A stretch of 64,000 nt of DNA from positions 3,410,001 through 3,474,000 of the forward strand of contig OZ024757.1 of assembly GCA_964016885.1 (NCBI GenBank), read 5' to 3'. Positions 51,301 to 64,000 of the stretch are shown here, one piece after another. A program made the position numbers and the translations under genes. The notes below the pieces were generated by a model. That model saw nothing but the letters and a program-made list of their open reading frames with translations, had not been told where the DNA came from and did not search any database. This stretch comes from Eledone cirrhosa. Its lineage: Eukaryota. Position 1 is the stretch's first letter. Each line of letters opens with the position of its first letter.

Positions 51301-54300
51301 GATAGTGTGTGTAAGGTTACTTGATAGAGTGTGTGAGGTTACTTGACAGTGTGTGTAGTGTTACTTGATAGAGTGTGTAATGTTAGTTGATAGAGTGTGT
51401 AAGGTTACTTGATAGAGTGTGTAAGGTTACTCTATAGAGTGTGTAAGGTTACTTGATAGAGTGTGTAAGGTTACCTGATAGAGTGTGTAAGGTTACTCGA
51501 TAGAGTGTGTAGTGTTACTTGATAGAGTGTAAGGTTACTCGATAGAGTGTGTAAGGCTACTTGATAGATTGTAAGGTTACTTGATAGATTGTGCAGTGTA
51601 ACTTGATATAGTGTGTAAGGTTACTTGATAGAGTGTGTAAGGTTACTCTATAGAGTGTGTAAGGTTACTTGATAGAGTGTATAAGGTTACTCGATAGAGT
51701 GTGTAGTATTACTTGATAGAGTGTAAGGCTACTTGATAGAGTGTAAGATTACTTGATAGAGTGTGTAGTGTAACTTCATATAGTGTGTAAGGTTACTTGA
51801 TAGAGTCTGTAAGGTTACTCGATAGAGTGTGTAAGGTTACCTGATAGAGTGTGTAAGGTTTCTCGATAGAGTGTGTAGTGTTACTTGATAGAGTGTAAGG
51901 TTACTCGATAGAGTGTGTAAGGCTACTTGATAGATTGTAAGGTTACTTGATAGATTGTGCAGTGTAACTTGATATAGTGTGTAAGGTTACTTGATTGAGT
52001 GTGTAAGGCTACTTGATAGAGTGTGTAAGGTTACTCAATAGAGTGTGTAAGGTTACTTGATAAAGTGTGTAGTGTAACTTGATATAGTGTGTAAGGTTAC
52101 TTGATAGAGTGTGTAAGACTACTTGCTAGAGTGTGTAAGGTTACTTGATAGAGTGTGTAAGGTTACTTGATAGAGTGTGTAAGGCTACTTGATAGAGTGT
52201 GTAAGCTTACTTTATAGAGTGTGTAAGGTTACTTGATAGAGTGTGTAAGGTTACTTGATAGAGTGTAAGGTGACTTGATAGAGTGTGTAAGGTTACTCGA
52301 TAGAGTGCGTAAGGTTACTTGATAGAGTGTGTAAGCTACTTGATAGAGTTTTTAAGGTTACTCCATAGAGTGTGTAATGTTACTTGATAGAGTGTGTAGT
52401 GTTACTTGATAGAGTGTAAGGTTACTTGATAGAGTGCGTAAGGTTACTTGACAGAGTGTGTAAGGTTACTTGATAGAGTGTGTAAGGTTACTTGATAGAG
52501 TCTGTAAGGTTACTCGATAGAGTTTGTAAGGTTACTTGATAGAGTGTATAGTGTTACTTGATAGAGTGGAAGGTTACTTGATAGAGTGTGTATGGTTACT
52601 CGATAGATTGTGTAAGGTTACTCGATAGAGTGTGGAAGGTTACTTGGTAGAGTGTGTAAGGTTACTCGATAGAGTGTGTAAGGTTACATGATAGAGTGTT
52701 TTAAGGTTACTTGACAGAGTGTGTAATGTTACTTGATAGAGTGTGTAAGGTTACTCGATAGAGTGTGTAAGGTTACTCGATAGAGTGTGTAGTGTTACTT
52801 GATAGAGTGTGTAGTGTTACTTGATAGAGTGTGTAGTGTTACTTGATAGAGTGTTTAAGGTTACTTTATAGAGTGTGTAAGGTTACTTGATGGAGTGTGT
52901 AAGGTTACTCGATAGAGTGTGTAAGGTTACTCGATAGAGTGTGTAAGATTACTTGATAGAGTGTACAAGTTTAATTGATAGAGTGTGTAAGGTTACTCAA
53001 TAAAGTGTGTAAGGTCACTTGATAGAGTCTGTAAGGTTACTCGATAGAGTGTGTAAGGTAACTAGATAGAGTGTGTAAGGTTACTTGATAGAGTGTGTAA
53101 GGTTACTCGATAGAGTTTGTAATGTTACATGATAGAGTGTGTAAGGTTACTCGATAGAGTGTGTAAGGTCACTTGATAGACCGTGTAAGGTTACTCGATA
53201 GAAATTGTAATGTTACATGATAGTGAGTGTAAGGTTACTCGATAGAGTGTGTAAAGTTACTCGATAGAGTCTGTAAGGTTCCTTGATAGAGTGTGTAAGG
53301 TTACTTGATAGAGTGTGTAAGGTTACTTGATAGAGTGTGTAAGGTTACTTGATAGAGTGTAAGGTTNNNNNNNNNNNNNNNNNNNNNNNNNNNNNNNNNN
53401 NNNNNNNNNNNNNNNNNNNNNNNNNNNNNNNNNNNNNNNNNNNNNNNNNNNNNNNNNNNNNNNNNNNNNNNNNNNNNNNNNNNNNNNNNNNNNNNNNNNN
53501 NNNNNNNNNNNNNNNNNNNNNNNNNNNNNNNNNNNNNNNNNNNNNNNNNNNNNNNNNNNNNNNNNNAGTGTCTAGTGTTACTTGATAGAGTGTGTAAGGT
53601 TAATTGAGAGTGTGTGTAAGGTCACGTGATAGAGTGTGTAGTGTTAGTTGATAGAGTGTGTAAGGTTACTTGATAGAGTGTGTAGTGTTAGTTGATAGAG
53701 TGTGTAAGGTTACTTGATAGAGTGTGTAAGATTACTTGATAGAGTGTGTAGTATTACTTGATAGAGTGTAAGGTTACTCGATAGAGTGTGTATGGTTACT
53801 TGATAGACTTTGTAGTGTTACTTGGTAGAGTGTAAGGTTACTCGATAGAGTGTGTAAGGTTACTCGATAGAGTGTGTAAGGTTACTTGATAGAGTGTGTA
53901 AGGTTACTTGATAGAGTGTGTAAGGTTAATTGAGAGTGTGTGTAAGGTTACGTGATAGAGTGTGTAAGGTTATTCTATAGAGTGTGTAAGGTTACTTGAT
54001 AGAGTGTGTAAGGTTACTTGACAGCGTGTGTAGTGTTACTTGATAGAGAGTGTAATGTTACTTGATAGAGTGTGTAAGGTTACTTGATGGAGTGTGTAAG
54101 TTTACCGGATAGAGTGTGTAAGGTAACTCGATAGAATGTGTAAGGTTACTCGATAGATTGTCTAAGCTTACTTGATAGACTTTGTAGTGTTACTTGGTAG
54201 AGTGTAAGGTTACTCGATAGAGTGTGTAAGGTTACTCGATAGAGTGTGTAAGGTTACTTGATAGAGTGTGTAAGGTTACTTGATAGAGTGGGTAAGGTTA

Positions 54301-57300
54301 CTTGACAGAGTGTGTAAGGTTACTTGACAGAGGGTGTAGTGTTACTTGATAGAGTGTGTAAGGTTACTTGATATAGTGTGGAATGTTACTTGATAGAGTG
54401 TGTAAGGTTACTCGATATAGTGTGTAAGATTACTTGATAGAGTGTGTAAGTTTACTTGATAGAGTGTGTAAGGTTACTTGATAGAGTAGAAGGTTACTTG
54501 ATAGAGTGTGTAAGGTTATTTGATAGAACGTGTAAGGTTACTTGATAGAGTATGTAAGGTTACTTGATAGAGTGTAAGGTTACTTGATAGAGTGTGTAGT
54601 GTTACTTGATGGAGTGTGTAAGGTTATTTGATAGAATGTGTAAGGTTACTTGATAGAGTGTGTAAGGTTACTTGATAGAGTGTGTAAGGTTACTTGATAG
54701 AGTGTGTAAGGTTACTTGTTAGAGTGTGTAAGGTTACTTGATAGTGAGTGCAAGGTTATTTGATAAAGTGTTTAAGGTTACTTCATAGAGTGTGTAGTGT
54801 TACTTGACAGAGTGTGTAGTGTTACTTGATCGAGTGTAAGGATACTCAATAGAGTGTGTAAGGTTACTCAATAGAGTGTGTAAGGTTACTTGATAGAGTG
54901 TGTAGTGTAACTTGATATAGTGTGTAAGGTTACTTGATAGAGTGTGTAAGACTACTTGCTAGAGTGTTTAAGGTTACTTGATAGAGTGTGTAATGTTACT
55001 TGATAGAGTGTGTAAGTCTACTTGATAGAGTGTGTAAGCTTACTTGATAGAGTGTGTAAGGTTACTTGATAGAGTGTGTAAGGTTACTTGATAGAGTGTA
55101 AGGTTACTTGATAGAGTGTGTAAGGTTACTCGATAGAGTGCGTAAAGCTACTTGATAGAGTGTGTAAGGCTACTTGATAGAGTGTGTTGTGTTACTTGAT
55201 AGAGTGTAAGTTTACTTGATATAGTTTGTAAGGTTACTCGATAGAGTGTGTAAGGTTACTTGATAGAGTGTGTAAGGTTACTTGACAGAGTGTGTAAGGT
55301 TACTCAATAGAGTGTGTAAGATTACTTGATAGAGTAGAAGGTTACTTGATAGAGTGTGTAAGGTTACTTGATAGAGTGTGTAAGGTTACTTGATAGAGTG
55401 TGTAAGGTTACTTGATAGAGTGTGTAGTGTTACTTGATAGAGTGTGTAAGGTTATTTGATAGAGTGTGTAAGGTTACTTGATAGAGTGTGTAAGGTTATT
55501 GATAGAGTGTGTAAGGTTTCTTGAGAGAGTGTGTAAGGTTACTTGATAGAGTGTGTAGTGTTACTTGATAGAGTGTAAGGTTTCTTGATAGAGTGTGTAA
55601 GGTTACTTGACAGAGTGTGTAAGGTTACTTGATAGAGTGTGTAAAGTTACTTGGTAGAGTGTGTAAGGTTACTCGATAGAGTGTGTAAGGTTACTTGATA
55701 GAGAGTGTAAGGTTACTTGATTGAATGAGTAAGGCTACTCGATAGAGTGTCTAAGGTTACTCGATAGAGTGTGTAGTGTTACTTGATAGTGTGTGTAGTG
55801 TTACTTGATAGAGTGGAAGGTTACTTGATAGAGTGTGTAAGGTTACTTGATAGAGTGTGTAAGGGTACTCGATAGAGTGTGTAAGGTTACTTGATAGACT
55901 ATGTAGTGTTACTTGATAGAGTGTGTAATGTTACTTGATAGAGTGTGTAAGGTTACTTGATAGAGTGTAAGGTTACTTGATAGAGTGTTTAAGGTTACTC
56001 GATAGAGTGTGTAAGGTTACTTGATAGAGTGTGTAAGGTTACTTGATAGAGTATGTAAGGTTACTTGATAGAGTGAGTAATGTTACTTGATAGAGTGTGT
56101 AAGATTACTCAATAGAGTGTGCAAGGTTACTCAATAGAGTGTGTAAGGTAAAATGATAGAGTGATAAAGTGTATAATGTTACTCGAAAGAGTGGGTAATG
56201 TTCCTTGATAGAGTGTAAGGTTACTTGATAGAGAGTGTAAGGCTACTTGAAGAGTGTGTAAGGTTACTCAATAGAGTGTGTAAGGTTACTTGATAGAGTG
56301 AATAAGGTTACTCGATAAAGTGTGTAAGGTTACTTGATAGAGTGTGTAATGTTACTTGATAGAGTGTGTAAGGTTACTTGATAGAGTGTGTAAGGTTACT
56401 TGATAGAGTGTGTAAGGTTACTCGATAGAGTGTGTAAGGTTACTTGATAGAGAGTGTAAGGTTACTTGCTGGAGTGAGTAAGGCTACTTGATAGAGTGTG
56501 GAAGGTTACTTGATAGAGTGTGTAAGGTTACTTGATAGAGCGTGTAAGGTTACTTGATAGAGTGTGTAGTATTACGTGATAGAGTGTAAGGTTACTTGAT
56601 AGAGTGTGTAAGGTTACTTGATAGAGTGTGTAAGGTTACTTGATAGAGTGTGTAGTGTTACTTGATAGAGTGTGTAAGGTTACTCAATAGAGTGTGTAAG
56701 ATTACTTGATAGAGCAGAAGGTTACTTGATAGAGTGTGTAAGGTTACTTGATAGAGTTTGTAAGGTTACTTGATAGAGTGTGTAAGGTTACTTGATAGAG
56801 TGTGTAGTGTTACTAGATAGAGTGTGTAAGGTTACTCAATAGAGTGTGTAAGATTACTTGATATAGTAGAAGGTTACTTGATAGAGTGTGTAGTGTTACT
56901 TGATAGAGTGTGTAAGGTTACTTGATAGAGTGTGTAGGGTTACTTGATAGAGTGTGTAAGGTTACTTGATAGAGTGTGTAAGGTTACTTGATAGAGTGTG
57001 TAAGGTTACTTCATAGAGTGTGTAGTGTTACTTGATAGAGTGTGTAAGGTTACTTGATAGAGTGTGTAGTGTTACTTGATAGAGTGTGTAAGGTTACTTG
57101 ATAGAGTGTGTAAGGTTACTTGATAGAGTGGGTAGTGTTACTTGATAGAGTGTGTAAGGTTACACAATAGAGTGTGTAAGATTACTTGATAGAGTAGAAG
57201 GTTACTTGATAGAGTGTATAAGGTTACTTGATAGAGTGTGTAAGGTTACTTGATAAAGTGTGTAAGGTCACTTGATAGAGTGTGTAGTGTTACTTGATAG

Positions 57301-60300
57301 AATGTGTAAGGTTACTCAATAGAGTGTGTAAGATTACTTGATAGAGTAGAAGGTTACTTGATAGAGTGTGTAAGGTTACTTGATAGAGTGTGTAAGGTTA
57401 CTTGATAGAGTGTGTAAGGTTACTTGATAGAGTGTGTAGTGTTACTTGATAGAGTGTGCAAGTTTACTCAATAGAGTGTGTAAGATTGCTTAATAGAGTA
57501 GAATGTTACTTGATAGAGTGTGTAAGGTTACTTGATAGAGTGTGTAAGGTTACTTGATAGAGTGTGTAAGGTTACTTGATAGAGTGTGTAGTGTTACTTG
57601 ATAGAGTGCGTAATGTTACTCAATAGAGTGTGTAAGATTACTTGATAGAGTGTAAGTTTACTTGATAGAGTGTGTAGTGTTACTTGATAGAGTGTGTAAG
57701 GTTATTTGATAGAGTGTGTAAGGTTACTTGATAGAGTGTGTAAGGTTACTTGATAGAGTGTGTAAGGTTTCTTGAGAGAGTGTGTAAGGTTACTTGATAG
57801 AGTGTGTAGTGTTACTTGATAGAGTGTAAGGTTTCTTGATAGAGTGTGTAAGGTTACTTGATAGAGTGTGTAAGGTTACTTGATAGAGTGTGTAAGGTTA
57901 CTCGATAGAGTGTGTATGGTTACTTGATAGAGAGTGTAAGGTTACTTGATTGAATGAGTAAGGCTACTCGATAGAGTGTCTAAGGTTACTCGATAGAGTG
58001 TGTAGTGTTACTTGATAGTGTGTGTAGTGTTACTTGATAGAGTGGAAGATTACTTGATAGAGTGTGTAAGGTTACTTGATAGAGTGTTTAAGGTTACTCG
58101 ATAGAGTATGTAAGGTTACTTGATAGAGTGTGTAAGGTTACTTGATAGAGTATGTAAGGTTACTTGATAGAGTGTGTAATGTTACTTGATAGAGTGTGTA
58201 AGATTACTCAATAGAGTGTGCAAAGTTACTCAATAGAGTGTGTAAGGTAAAATGATAGAGTGATAAAGTGTGTAATGTTACTCGAAAGAGTGGGTAAGGT
58301 TCCTTGATAGAGTGTAAGGTTACTTGATAGAGAGTGTAAGGCTACTTGAAGAGTGTGTAAGGTTACTCAATAGAGTGTGTAAGGTTACTTGATAGAGTGT
58401 GTAAGGTTACTCGATAGAGTGTGTAAGGTTACTTGATAGAGTGAGTAAGGTTACTTGATAGAGTATGTAAGGTTACTTGATAGAGTGTGTAGTGTTACTT
58501 GATAGAGTGTGTAAGGTTACTTGATAGAGTGTGTAAGGTTACTTGATAGAGTGTGTAGTGTTACTTGATAGAGTGTGTAAGGTTACTTGATAGAGTGTGT
58601 AAGGTTACTTGATAGAGTGTGTAGTGTTACTTGATAGAGTGTGTAAGGTTACACAATAGAGTGTGTAAGATTACTTGATAGAGTAGAAGGTTACTTGATA
58701 GAGTGTATAAGGTTACTTGATAGAGTGTGTAAGGTTACTTGATAGAGTGTGTAAGGTTACTTGATAGATTGTGTAGTGTTACTTGATAGAGTGTGTAAGG
58801 TTACTCAATAGAGTGTGTAAGATTACTTGATAGAGTAGAAGGTTACTTGATAGAGTGTGTAAGGTTACTTGATAGAGTGTGTAAGGTTACTTGATAGAGT
58901 GTGTAAGGTTACTTGATAGAGTGTGTAGTGTTACTTGATAGAGTTTGCAATTTTACTCAATAGAGTGTGTAAGATTGCTTGATAGAGTAGAATGTTACTT
59001 GATAGAGTGTGTAAGGTTACTTGATAGAGTGTGTAATGTTACTTGATAGAGTGTGTAAGGTTACTTGATAGAGTGTGTAATGTTACTTGATAGAGTGTGT
59101 AATGTTACTCAATAGAGTGTGTAAGATTACTTGATAGAGTGTAAGTTTACTTGATAGAGTGTGTAGTGTTACTTGATAGAGTGTGTAAGGTTATTTGATA
59201 GAGTGTGTAAGGTTACTTGATAGAGTGTGTAAGGTTACTTGATAGAGTGTGTAAGGTTTCTTGAGAGAGTGTGTAAGGTTACTTGATAGAGTGTGTAGTG
59301 TTACTTGATAGAGTGTAAGGTTTCTTGATAGAGTGTGTAAGGTTACTTGACAGAGTGTGTAAGGTTACTTGATAGAGTGTGTAAAGTTACTTGGTAGAGT
59401 GTGTAAGGTTACTCGATAGAGTGTGTAAGGTTACTTGATAGAGAGTGTAAGGTTACTTGATTGAATGAGTAAGGCTACTCGATAGAGTGTCTAAGGTTAC
59501 TCGATAGAGTGTGTAGTGTTACTTGATAGTGTGTGTAGTGTTACTTGATAGAGTGGAAGGTTACTTGATAGAGTGTGTAAGGGTACTCGATAGAGTGTGT
59601 AATGTTACTCGAAAGAGTGGGTAATGTTCCTTGATAGAGTGTAAGGTTACTTGATAGAGAGTGTAAGGCTACTTGAAGAGTGTGTAAGGTTACTCAATAG
59701 AGTGTGTAAGGTTGCTTGATATAGTGTGTAAGGTTAATCGATAGAGTGTGTAAGGTTACTTGATAGAGTGAATAAGGTTACTCGATAAAGTGTGTAAGGT
59801 TACTTGATAGAGTGTGTAAGGTTTCTTGACAGAGTGTGTAATGTTACTTGATAGAGTGTGTAAGGTTACTTGATAGAGTGTATAAGTTTACTTGATAGAG
59901 TGTAAGGTTACTTGATAGAGCGTGTAAGGTTACTTGATAGAGTGTTTAAGGCTACTTGATAGATTGTGTAAGGTTACTTGATAGGGTGTGTAAGGTTACT
60001 TGATAGAATGTGTAAGGTTACTTGATAGAGTGTGTAGTGTTACTTGATAGAGTTTGTAATGTTACTTGATAGAGTGTGTAGTGTTACTTGATAGAGTGTG
60101 TAAGGTTATTTGATAGAGTGTGTAAGGCTACTTGATAGAGTGTGTAAGGTTACTTGATAGTGTGTGTAAGGCTACTTGATAGAGTGTAAGGTTGCTTGAT
60201 AGAGTGTGTAAGGTTACTTGATAGAGTGTGTAGTATTACTTGATAGAGGGTGTAAGATTACTTGATAGAGTGTGTAAGGTTACTTTATATAGTGTGTAAG

Positions 60301-63300
60301 GTTACTTGATAGAGTGTAAGGTTATTTGATAGAGTGTGTAAGGTTACTCGATAGAGTGTGTAGTGTTACTTGATAGAGTGTAAGGTTACTCGATAGAGTG
60401 TGTAAGGCTACTTCATAGAGTGTGTAAGGCTACTTGAATGAGTGTAATGTTACTTGATAGAGTGTGTAGTGTCACTTGATAGAGTGTGTAAGGTTACTTG
60501 ATAGAGTGTGTAAGGTTACTTGATAGAGCGTGTAAGGTTACTTGATAGAGTGTGTAGTATTACGTGATAGAGTGTAAGGTTACTTGATAGAGTGTGTAAG
60601 GTTAATTGATAGAGTGTGTAAGGTTACTTGATAGAGTGTGTAGTGTCACTTGATAGAGTGTGTAAGGTTACTCAATAGAGTGTGTAAGATTACTTGATAG
60701 AGTAGAAGGTTACTTGATAGAGTGTGTAAGGTTACTTGATAGAGTTTGTAAGGTTACTTGATAGAGTGTGTAAGGTTACTTGATAGAGTGTGTAGTGTTA
60801 CTAGATAGAGTGTGTAAGGTTACTCAATAGAGTGTGTAAGATTACTTGATAGAGTAGAAGGTTACTTGATAGAGTGTGTAGTGTTACTTGATAGAGTGTG
60901 TAAGGTTACTTGATAGAGTGTGTAAGGTTACTTGATAGAGTGTGTAAGGTTACTTGATAGAGTGTGTAAGGTTACTTGATAGAGTGTGTAAGGTTACTTC
61001 ATAGAGTGTGTAGTGTTACTTGATAGAGTGTGTAAGGTTACTTGATAGAGTGTGTAGTGTTACTTGATAGAGTGTGTAAGGTTACTTGATAAAGTGTGTA
61101 AGGTTACTTGATAGAGTGTGTAGTGTTACTTGATAGAGTGTGTAAGGTTACTCAATAGAGTGTTTAAGATTATTTGATAGAGTAGAAGGTTACTTGATAG
61201 AGTGTGTAAGGTTACTTGATAGAGTGTGTAAGGTTACTTGATAGAGTGTGTAAGGTTATTTGATAGAGTGTGTAGTGCTACTTGATAGAGTGTGCAAGTT
61301 TACTCAATAGAGTGTGTAAGATTGCTTGATAGAGTAGAATGTTACTTGATAGAGTGTGTAAGGTTACTTGATAGAGTGTGTAAGGTTACTTGATAGAGTG
61401 TGTAAGGTTACTTGATAGAGTGTGTAGTGTTACTTGATAGAGTGTGTAATGTTACTCAATAGAGTGTGTAAGAATACTTGATAGAGCGTAAGTTTACTTG
61501 ATAGAGTGTGTAGTGTTACTTGATAGAGTGTGTAAGGTTATTTGATAGAGTGTGTAAGGTTACTTGATAGAGTGTGTAAGGTTACTTGATAGAGTGTGTA
61601 AGGTTTCTTGAGAGAGTGTGTAAGGTTACTTGATAGAGTGTGTAGTGTTACTTGATAGAGTGTAAGGTTTCTTGATAGAGTGCGTAAGGTTACTTGATAG
61701 AGTGTGTAAGGTTACTTGATAGAGTGTGTAAGGTTACTCGATAGAGTGTGTATGGTTACTTGATAGAGAGTGTAAGGTTACTTGATTGAATGAGTAAGGC
61801 TACTCGATAGAGTGTCTAAGGTTACTCGATAGAGTGTGTAGTGTTACTTGATAGTGTGTGTAGTGTTACTTGATAGAGTGGAAGATTACTTGATAGAATG
61901 TGTAAGGTTACTTGATAGAGTGTGTAAGGGTACTCGATAGAGTGTGTAAGGTTACTTGATAGAGTGTGTAGTGTTACTTGATAGAGTGTGTAATGTTACT
62001 TGATAGAGTGTTTAAGGTTACTCGATAGAGTGTGTAAGGTTACTTGATAGAGTGTGTAAGGTTACTTGATAGAGTATGTAAGGTTACTTGATAGAGTGTG
62101 TAATGTTACTTGATAGAGTGTGTAAGATTACTCAATAGAGTGTGCAAGGTTACTCAATAGAGTGTGTAAGGTAAAATGATAGAGTGATAAAGTGTGTAAT
62201 GTTACTCGAAAGAGTGGGTAAGTTTCCTTGATAGAGTGTAAGGTTACTTGATAGAGAGTGTAAGGCTACTTGAAGAGTGTGTAAGGTTATTCAATAGAGT
62301 GTGTAAGGTTACTTGATAGAGTGTGTAAGGTTACTCGATAGAGTGTGTAAGGTTACTTGATAGAGTGAGTAAGGTTACTTGATAGAGTATGTAAGGTTAC
62401 TTGATAGAGTGTGTAAGGGTACTCCATAGAGTGTGTAGTGTTACTTGATAGAGTGTAAGGTTACTCGATAGAGTGTGTAAGGTTACTTGATAGAGTGTGT
62501 AGTATTACTTGATAGAGTGTAAGGTTACTCAATAGAGTGTGTAAGGTTACTTGATAGAGTGTGTAAGGTTACTTGATAGAGTATGTAAGGTTACTTGATA
62601 GAGTGTGTAATGTTACTTGATAGAGCGTGTAAGATTACTCAATAGAGTGTGTAAGGTTACTCAATAGAGTTTTGTAAGGTTCCTTGATAGCGTGTAAGGT
62701 TACTTGATAGAGAGTGTAAGGCTACTTGATAGAATGTGTAAGGTTACTCAATAGTGTGTAAGGTTACTTGATAGAGTGTGTAAGTCTACTTCAAAGAGTG
62801 TGTAAGGTTATTTGATAGAGTGTGTAAGTTTTCTCGATAGAGTGTGTAAGGCTACTTGATAGAGTGTAAGGTTACTTGATAGAGTGTGTAGTGTTACTTG
62901 ATAGAGTGTGTAATGTTACTTGATAGAGTGTGTAAGGCTACTTGATAGAGTGTGTAGTTTTACTTGATAGAGTGGAAGGTTACTTCATAGAGTGTGTAAG
63001 GTTACTTGATAGAGTGTGTAGTGTTACTTGATAGAGTGTGTAAGGTTACTTGATAGAGTGTGTAAGGTTACTTGATAGAGTGTGTAGTATTACTTGATAG
63101 AGTGTAAGGTTACTCAATAGAGTGTGTAAGGTTACTTGATAGAGTGTGTAGTATTACTTCATAGAGTGTGTAAGGTTACCTGATAGAGTGTGTAATGTTA
63201 CTTGATAGAGTGTGTAGTGTTACTTGATACAGTATGTAAGGTTACTTGATAGAGTGTGTATGGTTACTTGATAGAGTGTGTAATGTTACATGATAGAGTG

Positions 63301-64000
63301 TGTATGGTTACTTGATAGAGTGTGTAATGTTACTCAATAGAGTGTGTAAGGTTACTTGATAGAGTTTTTAAGGTTACTCATTAGAGTGTGTATGATTACT
63401 TGATAGAGTGTGTAAGGTTACCTGATAGAGCGTGTAAGGTTACTCGATAGAGTGTGCAGTGTTACTTGAAAGAGTGTGTAAGGTTACTTGACCGAGTGTG
63501 TAGTGTTACTTGATAGAGTGTGTAATGTTAATTGATAGAGTGTGTATGGTTACTTTATAGAGTGTGTAAGGTTACTTGATAGAGTCTGTAAGGTTACTTG
63601 ATAGAGTGTGTAAGGTTTCTTGATAGAGTGTGTAAGGTTACTTGACAGAGTGTGTAAGGTTACTTGACAGAGGGTGTAGTGATACTTGATAGAGTGTGTA
63701 AGCTAACTTGATAGAGTGTGGAATGTTACTTCATAGAGTGTGTAAGGTTACTCGATATAGTGTGTAAGGTTACTTGATAGAGTGTGTAAGGTTACTTGAT
63801 AGAGTGTGTAAGGTTACTTGATAGAGTGTGTAAGGTTACTTGATAGAGTGTGTAAGGTTACTTGATAGAATGTGTAGTGTTACATGATAGAGTGTGTAAG
63901 GTTACTTGATAGAGTGTGTAAGGTTACTTGATAGAGTGTGTAACGTTACTTGATAGAGTGTGTAAGGTTACTTGATAGAGTGTGTAAGGTTACTTGATAG
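45314..64000 (+). repeat. 22-nt satellite array, >18.6 kb, running off the window end
   Basis: Unit GATAGAGTGTGTAAGGTTACTT with 20-nt (GT-deleted) and TAGTG variants, and kb-scale duplicated blocks. Confidence 0.98.
53367..53566. other. Assembly gap (200 N)
   Basis: Run of N inside the satellite. Confidence 0.99.

Noticed and set aside
45314-64000. Telomeric repeat array
   Set aside because: The unit is a 22-mer without TTAGGG/TTAGG runs; only the G-rich strand bias is similar.

Overview
AT-rich, microsatellite-dense animal DNA; the SINE and repeat content suggests a mollusc, probably an octopus (inference). The only host gene I can support is a group I (mGluR1/5-like) metabotropic glutamate receptor on the minus strand. 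Four exons splice in frame with GT-AG sites: 43200-42957, 34040-33842, 29581-29455 and 22854-21957. Two further frame-preserving candidate exons are a 72-nt cassette (45305-45234) wedged between two satellites and a 30-nt C-tail microexon (14462-14433) directly behind a ~250-nt UUC tract. The 5' exons and the final exon were not found in the window. The introns hold three truncated Penelope-like elements (RT plus GIY-YIG, CxCx5Cx5C linker), an RLE-type LINE, RTE-like 3' ends, several SINE families, SINE-derived minisatellites, and 24-nt and 22-nt satellites (the latter >18.6 kb). The most notable signal is about 20 type I hammerhead-ribozyme folds from several families, folded by eye and untested. 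They include a compensatory U3-A8 core variant, an A4 core variant and a form with a long stem II. Many lie in inverted-repeat pairs beside (TA)n, and several are in the sense orientation of the receptor pre-mRNA.
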